Source: Promethearchaeota archaeon
GTDB taxonomy: Archaea; Asgardarchaeota; Lokiarchaeia; Sigyniarchaeales; SOKP01
Reading direction: 5' to 3'
DNA: 64,000 nt
Assembly: GCA_016839705.1 (NCBI GenBank)
Contig: JAEOTR010000030.1
Location: 1 to 64,000 of the forward strand
Shown piece after piece: positions 61,508 through 64,000 of the stretch. Numbering within the stretch: the first letter of the stretch is position 1; the number at the start of each line of letters is the position of its first letter. The notes beneath the pieces are model-generated. The model saw only the letters and a list, made by a program, of their open reading frames with translations. It did not search any database and had not been told where the DNA came from. Made by a program: the position numbers and the translations under genes.

Positions 61508-62008
61508 ATAGATTTCAACGAATTAAAAAAAAAAATGCCGGAAATTTTTGAAAAAGTAAAAAAAGATGTTCTAAAAACAACAGGAAGGAAAAGAGCCGGT
61601 CTTACTTTAGGATTAATCGAAATGGGGATGTATCAAGGTGGTTTTATTGGTGGAATGCATTTTTCTCCAGGAACGGATATTGTAATGAATAAAACTCCTT
61701 TAAAAATTCTCCTCGAACAGCAACCTTATGAAATAGTTTGGGCTTATACTTATCATATTCTTTTACATGAATATGTTCATTCATTAGGTGCCCTGAATGA
61801 ACATCAATGTCGAGATATTACCTTAAGAATTAGTGAAGCGATATTCAAAGAAGCTGACCATCCCACAATTATACTTGCAAAAAAAGGTATCGGTGCATTT
61901 TTCCCTAATTTACAGTTAATTTATGCGCCGCCAGATCTTAAGCCAGATGGACGGCCAATTGAATATATTGATGATTTTGACAGTGGAAGTTATGATTATT
62001 ATTCATAG
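61508..62008 (+). CDS. Small zincin-like metallopeptidase
   Basis: HILLHEYVHSLG..NE; probable ATA start at 61508 after SD GAGGT (first ATG 61535). Confidence 0.75.
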   Translation: MDFNELKKKMPEIFEKVKKDVLKTTGRKRAGLTLGLIEMGMYQGGFIGGMHFSPGTDIVMNKTPLKILLEQQPYEIVWAYTYHILLHEYVHSLGALNEHQCRDITLRISEAIFKEADHPTIILAKKGIGAFFPNLQLIYAPPDLKPDGRPIEYIDDFDSGSYDYYS

Positions 62009-62030
62009 AGTATTTTCCAATTAAATCACA

Positions 62031-62393
62031 TTATTGCTTTAAGCAACTGTTTAATATATTTATCAATTTCTTATGTGTAAAAGGTTTATCTAAAAATCCC
62101 ATTGCTCCTTGAAGGTAAACTTCCTCTTTTATTGTTTTGTCTGCGCTTGCAAATATTATTCTTGAAGTCTTATCAATTTCTAAGATTTCATGTAAAGCAT
62201 CAATCCCGTTTTTAATTGGCATGCGATAATCTAGTATAATGATATCAGGTTTTTCTTCAAATGATTTAAACATTTTTATTGCTTTATCTCCATTATTAGC
62301 AATTCCTAATACCTGAAATCCTGACATTTTTAGAAGTAATCCATATAATCTTTGAAGATCTCTATCATCCCCAGCAATAAAAATTGTTTTTAT
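62031..62393 (-). CDS. Single-domain response regulator (REC)
   Basis: KTIFIAGDD...PDIIILDYRMP..NG...ASA...FLDKPF; the N-terminal strand is only included if translation starts upstream of ATG 62327, most likely at ATA 62393. Confidence 0.9.
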   Translation of the reverse strand: MKTIFIAGDDRDLQRLYGLLLKMSGFQVLGIANNGDKAIKMFKSFEEKPDIIILDYRMPIKNGIDALHEILEIDKTSRIIFASADKTIKEEVYLQGAMGFLDKPFTHKKLINILNSCLKQ

Positions 62394-62716
62394 ATTAAAT
62401 CTCCCCCATTACTAGCAAAACGAAATTAGCACCTACGCATTATTTATCTTTTGCTCTATCCTTTACCCAAATAGGCCTGTTATTTTTCGGTATGATATAA
62501 TTTGATATTTTATTCGTACTAAACATTAGCAACATTAATCGTATTTATGCTTAACTTTTTAGTCATAAAAGTTGAAAGTTTTTTTCTAAAAATCAAATTT
62601 AGATAAAAATTGTGATATATTATCGAAAGATTTTTTTTCTCTTGTTTTTTAGATGAACCTAGAGAATCTTTTATTTAATTTTAATAAATTATTGAGAATC
62701 TATAATATCTGAACGA

Positions 62717-63793
62717 GTGATCGAGATTTCAAAAAGTGTAACTGATGATAAAGACCTTGAAGAAGAAGAAATTGAAAAAAATATTGATATTAGTTCAGAT
62801 CAATTGATACTTAAATGGAAGTTTCAAAATGTTAATAAAAAGCTAACTTATGACATAAAAAAATGTATCGGGTGTTCTTTGTGCAAAATAGTCTGCCCTG
62901 TTGATGCTATAGAACTTGGTCCTATCCCTGACATAGCTCAAGGTATACTGGATGATAGTAATCCACAAATTCTGATAGATCATGAAAAATGTTGTTATTG
63001 TATGTTGTGTGCTGTGATTTGCCCAAACGACGCATTCCATGAGGATATTACACCTCTAGAACAAATCGATTTGGATGAATTCCCCTCTATTGGAAAGTTC
63101 TTCAAAATTGATATTAGTAAATGTATAGAAGATAAAAAAAGTGAAATATGCCAATTATGTTTAAAGGTAAGAGATAGGAATAATATTAGGGACTATTTCA
63201 AAATTCAAAAAGAGTGTCCTACCAAATGCTTTCAAATTACATCCCCAATTGAAGGAGAAGTAGTAATAAAAAAAAATATGCTTCATAAATGTGATCCTCA
63301 AGGGTGTAAAGCTTGTGTAAATATCTGTCCTACTGAATCCTTTTTTATTCCAGAAAAAGCAGAAGATGTTAAAAAATATGGAAAAATAGCGTGCAATGAA
63401 GAAGAATGCTTTTATTGTGGAGCCTGTGAAAATTCCTGCCCCGATGATTTGATCCTTGTTAAAAGGAAAAATATTGAAATTAATGATCCCAAAAAATCTG
63501 GAAACTATCCTTGGATAAGGGGTTGGATCAAAAACATCAAAGAAATAATGAGGAAAAGACTTGTTTATGGTAAAGAGCAAATACAAATCCCTGTTATTGA
63601 AGAAGAAGTTAAAAAAATCACAAAAAGAATTGAAGAAACAATCCCCCAACTATCAAAAGAAGATAGGAAAAAATTAGCTGAACTAAATGATAAAGTTCAA
63701 TCATTCCTCAAATCTTCAAAAATTCGATATTGGATAAAAGATAAAAAAACAGATAAAGTAAGAAAAGAATTAAGTAAAATCCTAAATCAATAA
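62717..63793 (+). CDS. Polyferredoxin (FwdF-like 4Fe-4S protein)
   Basis: Multiple CxxCxxCxxxCP motifs. Confidence 0.85.
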   Translation: MIEISKSVTDDKDLEEEEIEKNIDISSDQLILKWKFQNVNKKLTYDIKKCIGCSLCKIVCPVDAIELGPIPDIAQGILDDSNPQILIDHEKCCYCMLCAVICPNDAFHEDITPLEQIDLDEFPSIGKFFKIDISKCIEDKKSEICQLCLKVRDRNNIRDYFKIQKECPTKCFQITSPIEGEVVIKKNMLHKCDPQGCKACVNICPTESFFIPEKAEDVKKYGKIACNEEECFYCGACENSCPDDLILVKRKNIEINDPKKSGNYPWIRGWIKNIKEIMRKRLVYGKEQIQIPVIEEEVKKITKRIEETIPQLSKEDRKKLAELNDKVQSFLKSSKIRYWIKDKKTDKVRKELSKILNQ

Positions 63794-63886
63794 AACTAGC
63801 TTAAAATTCTCCTTGTTTAAATAGATTCTATTAGAATTAACATAAATTAAGTTAATTCACCTAATTACTTATTAAAGGTTTTCAAA

Positions 63887-64000
63887 ATGATATTGAAGTT
63901 AAAAGTCAAAGATAAAAAAAAGAAAAGGATCATTGCTTGGATTCAAAAATCCAAAGAATTCGATGATAATATCCAACAGGTATTTCAATTTTTTGAAGGA
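63887..64000 (+). CDS. Hypothetical protein, truncated by window end
   Basis: ATG after AAGG; frame open to the end (MILKLKVKDKKKKRIIAWIQKSKEFDDNIQQVFQFFEG). Confidence 0.6.
   Translation, partial: MILKLKVKDKKKKRIIAWIQKSKEFDDNIQQVFQFFEG

Noticed and set aside
488-63649. Short antisense or overlapping ORFs in the track (e.g. 488-697, 11046-11477, 54237-54713, 59883-60338, 63161-63649)
   Set aside because: Shadow ORFs of well-supported genes, with no recognisable motifs

Overview
AT-rich archaeal chromosomal segment, most consistent with an Asgard archaeon of the Lokiarchaeia/Promethearchaeia group. The evidence is MglA/MglB-type GTPase and roadblock proteins, DENN/longin-like proteins, a gelsolin-domain protein, CDC48 with an HbYX tail, MetVF, an Mtd and a polyferredoxin. 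It holds about 57 CDS, mostly peptide/lipid catabolism (AOR, S9 peptidase, glycyl radical enzyme, acyl-CoA synthetase, crotonase, esterases), C1 metabolism, two-component signalling and an hsp20-cdc48-ArsR cluster. No rRNA, canonical tRNA, CRISPR array or intact transposase was seen. Main observations: (1) at least five genes appear to start at an ATA codon placed just after a Shine-Dalgarno motif; (2) two copies of a TraB/EreA-like domain with similar promoters flank lpdA, one fused to a methylene-H4MPT/H4F dehydrogenase; (3) an mglB-mglA cluster is followed by a Regnase-like NYN RNase and sits beside a Whirly/PC4-like protein and a CoiA nuclease; (4) a gelsolin domain is fused to a Loki-type domain; (5) a 100-nt structured ncRNA candidate; (6) three unannotated pseudogenes and several repeats. 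All family calls come from motif recognition by eye, not from database searches.
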